A stretch of DNA of 64,000 nt from Acidobacteriota bacterium. Lineage in GTDB: Bacteria; Acidobacteriota; UBA890; WLXD01. Shown here one piece after another: positions 62,045 through 64,000 of this stretch (the stretch's first letter is position 1; every line of letters begins with the position of its first letter). The position numbers were made by a program, and so were the translations under genes. The stretch lies in contig CBDBHB010000009.1 of NCBI GenBank assembly GCA_965205505.1, positions 672,001-736,000 on the forward strand, given 5' to 3'. Below the pieces are notes generated by a model. That model was not told where the DNA came from, ran no database searches, and saw only the letters and a program-made list of their open reading frames with translations.

Positions 62045-63487
62045 TCACGCTCTTCGCGGTCGCCTTACGGCCGGCCTTCCGCTCCCCGGCTCGCCCGTAA
62101 CGCGTCCTTCTTCGTAGACGACCTCGCCTCGGCGGATGGTGAGCACGGGCCAGCCGGTGACCGCCCATCCCTCGAAGGGCGTGTAATCCGAGCGCGAGGG
62201 GTCGTCGCTAGCAGTCGCGAACCGTTCGAGCTCCGGGTTGAAGATCACCACGTCGGCGATTGAGCCCTCACGAACGGTGCCACGCTCGGGGTAAAGTCCG
62301 AACGTCCTGGCCGCTGCAGTCGAGGTGACCTCGACGAACCGCTCTTCGGAGATTCGTCCCCAGCGAACACCCTCGGAGAAGAGCACGGGGCGCATGAAAC
62401 GGAGGTCGCTGACTCCCGGCCGAAGCCGCCCTACATCGAGCTCCCGGTCCAGCTTCTGCTCCCGTGTCCAAGGCGCGTGGTCGGTGGCTAGAAAGTCGAT
62501 GCGCCCGTCCGCGAGGCCCCGCCACATGGCATCGACGTCAGCCGCCGACCGCAGCGGCGGCTGGCCGATGTAGAGGGGGCCGTCCTCTCCCCGGAGCCAC
62601 TCCTCGGTGAAGTAGAGGTAGAGGGGTCTCGTCTCGATGCTGAGCGGCAAGCGCACACCGTACGGGCTACGCGCCGCCGCCAGCGCCCGAGACAACGAAA
62701 GATGCACCAAGTGCATCGGCGCCCTCGTGAGCTCGCACAATGCAACGGCCTCCTGGGTGGCCGCCACTTCCGCGATCTCGGGTCGGCTCTCGGCGTAGTG
62801 GCGGAGCGAGGTTCGACCCTCCAGGCGGAGCCGCCGAAGCGCAGCGTCCAGCATCGCACCGTCCTCGCAGTGCATGAGCGTGACGACCCCGGCTTTTCGC
62901 GCCGCCTCGAGCACATCGATCAAGGCGCTCCTGTGCTGCCCGAAATCCGACTGCGTCATGAAGATCTTGTGGCTCGGCTGCCCCCGCGCCGCAAGCTCGG
63001 GCATCATCGCCGAAAACTCAGCGCTTGGCGGCCAGGTGAAGGCATGGAAAAACACGTCACCGATGGCGCTCACGCTGACCTCGGCAAGACACCGGTCCAT
63101 CGCCTCCACCGCAGTTTCGCCGTCACGCGGATATGCGAACGTCCCCACCGTCGTGATGCCGCCCGCCAGCGCCGCGGAGGTGCCGGTGGTGAGATCGTCA
63201 ACGAAAGCCCCTTGCATGTGTGTGTGCGGGTCGATGCCGCCGGGGATGACCAGGTGGCCGGTTGCGTCGATGACGCGCGCCTCAGTGCCGGCAGCGAGAT
63301 CCGGCGCGACCTCGGCGATCATATCTCCCAGGATGCGCACATCGGCCGTCTGGCTGCCGTCGGCGTTGATGATCCGCCCACCGCGAATCAGGATTTCGGG
63401 CGCCTGCTGTAGCGCCTCGGGTTGCGCTGGGCCCGAAGTTCCACCTTGCCGTACGGGTGAGCCGTGTATTGCTTCTCGGCGGTTCAT
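62045..63487 (-). CDS. Dihydropyrimidinase/hydantoinase-like amidohydrolase
   Basis: PGGIDPHTH, AALAGGITT, HCED, VHLS, ATDHAP, SDYTPFEGW. Confidence 0.88.
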   Translation of the reverse strand: MNRREAIHGSPVRQGGTSGPAQPEALQQAPEILIRGGRIINADGSQTADVRILGDMIAEVAPDLAAGTEARVIDATGHLVIPGGIDPHTHMQGAFVDDLTTGTSAALAGGITTVGTFAYPRDGETAVEAMDRCLAEVSVSAIGDVFFHAFTWPPSAEFSAMMPELAARGQPSHKIFMTQSDFGQHRSALIDVLEAARKAGVVTLMHCEDGAMLDAALRRLRLEGRTSLRHYAESRPEIAEVAATQEAVALCELTRAPMHLVHLSLSRALAAARSPYGVRLPLSIETRPLYLYFTEEWLRGEDGPLYIGQPPLRSAADVDAMWRGLADGRIDFLATDHAPWTREQKLDRELDVGRLRPGVSDLRFMRPVLFSEGVRWGRISEERFVEVTSTAAARTFGLYPERGTVREGSIADVVIFNPELERFATASDDPSRSDYTPFEGWAVTGWPVLTIRRGEVVYEEGRVTGEPGSGRPAVRRPRRA

Positions 63488-63565
63488 ATCGGCGTACGTA
63501 TCAACGCAGCAGCGCCATGCTCCCCGGCACCGGCTCCGATCGCGCCACGTCCATCAGCGGCTGCC

Positions 63566-64000
63566 TTACGGTAAGCTCAGCGCGACCCATTCGGCCGGGT
63601 AGTCGCGGCCGCCAATGGCCACGACGACGTACTGTTTGCCGTCGTGCAGGTAGGTCATCGGCGCGCTCGTCGTACCTGCCGGCAGCTCTATCTCCCAGAT
63701 CGTCTCGCCGGTGGCCTTGTTCAACGCGCGGAACATGGTTCCCCAGTGACCGCGGGCGACGCCTGGCATGGCGTCACTCCCCTCGCCGATGAACAGCATT
63801 GTCTTGGTGACGAGCGGGGCCGCCCGGTTGGCGATGCCGAGCGGCGGCAGGTCGAGATCTTGCAACATGGGGTGATTGCGTGGGCCATCACCAACCGCGA
63901 CCTGCCACACGTGCTCCCCCTGGTTCATGTCGATCGCCGTGAGCCGCCCGTAGGGTGGCTTGGTGAGCGGGAGTCCGAATGGCGTGGCCAGTTCCTGATG
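63566..64000 (-). CDS. PQQ-dependent (glucose/quinate-type) dehydrogenase, C-terminal part (runs off the window)
   Basis: PLTKPPYGRLTAIDMNQGEHVWQ...APMTYLHDGKQYVVVAIGG. Confidence 0.8.
   Translation of the reverse strand, partial: HQELATPFGLPLTKPPYGRLTAIDMNQGEHVWQVAVGDGPRNHPMLQDLDLPPLGIANRAAPLVTKTMLFIGEGSDAMPGVARGHWGTMFRALNKATGETIWEIELPAGTTSAPMTYLHDGKQYVVVAIGGRDYPAEWVALSLP

Noticed and set aside
63440-63487. Tat signal (MNRREAI) on the dihydropyrimidinase-like protein
   Set aside because: No hydrophobic region follows the twin arginine, so export cannot be supported; it may be a deletion remnant or a mis-called start.

Overview
GC-rich bacterial chromosomal window with no rRNA, tRNA or CRISPR array. 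The PadR/duplicated-permease pair, many Hanks-type kinases, PEGA proteins and sulfatase-like proteins suggest an Acidobacteriota-like organism (inference). Intact genes include a KamA-family radical SAM enzyme, a TolB-like/M28/M20 peptidase cluster, thiO-thiS-thiG-thiE with an HtrA protease, a YcaQ-like glycosylase, rpiB, msrB, two sulfatase-fold proteins, a Ser/Thr kinase, a WecD-like acetyltransferase, a GspG-like pseudopilin, GH2, a diheme cytochrome c plus PQQ dehydrogenase, TetR and a dihydropyrimidinase-like enzyme. The region is heavily eroded, with many frameshifts, four in-frame TAGs, in-frame deletions and orphan or inverted gene fragments; this may be real decay and/or assembly or amplification artefact. 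Mobile DNA comprises IS110 (IS1111-type), IS630, IS6 and two families of CTAR-flanked MITEs. The most notable observations are (1) a 2TM-HAMP module fused in frame to a complete pseudopilin with an internal prepilin cleavage motif and a K9 loop, bracketed by unexplained ~90-100 bp direct repeats, and (2) an IS110 non-coding end whose predicted bridge-RNA loop matches the reconstructed insertion site. All family assignments are from motif recognition by eye; no database search was run.
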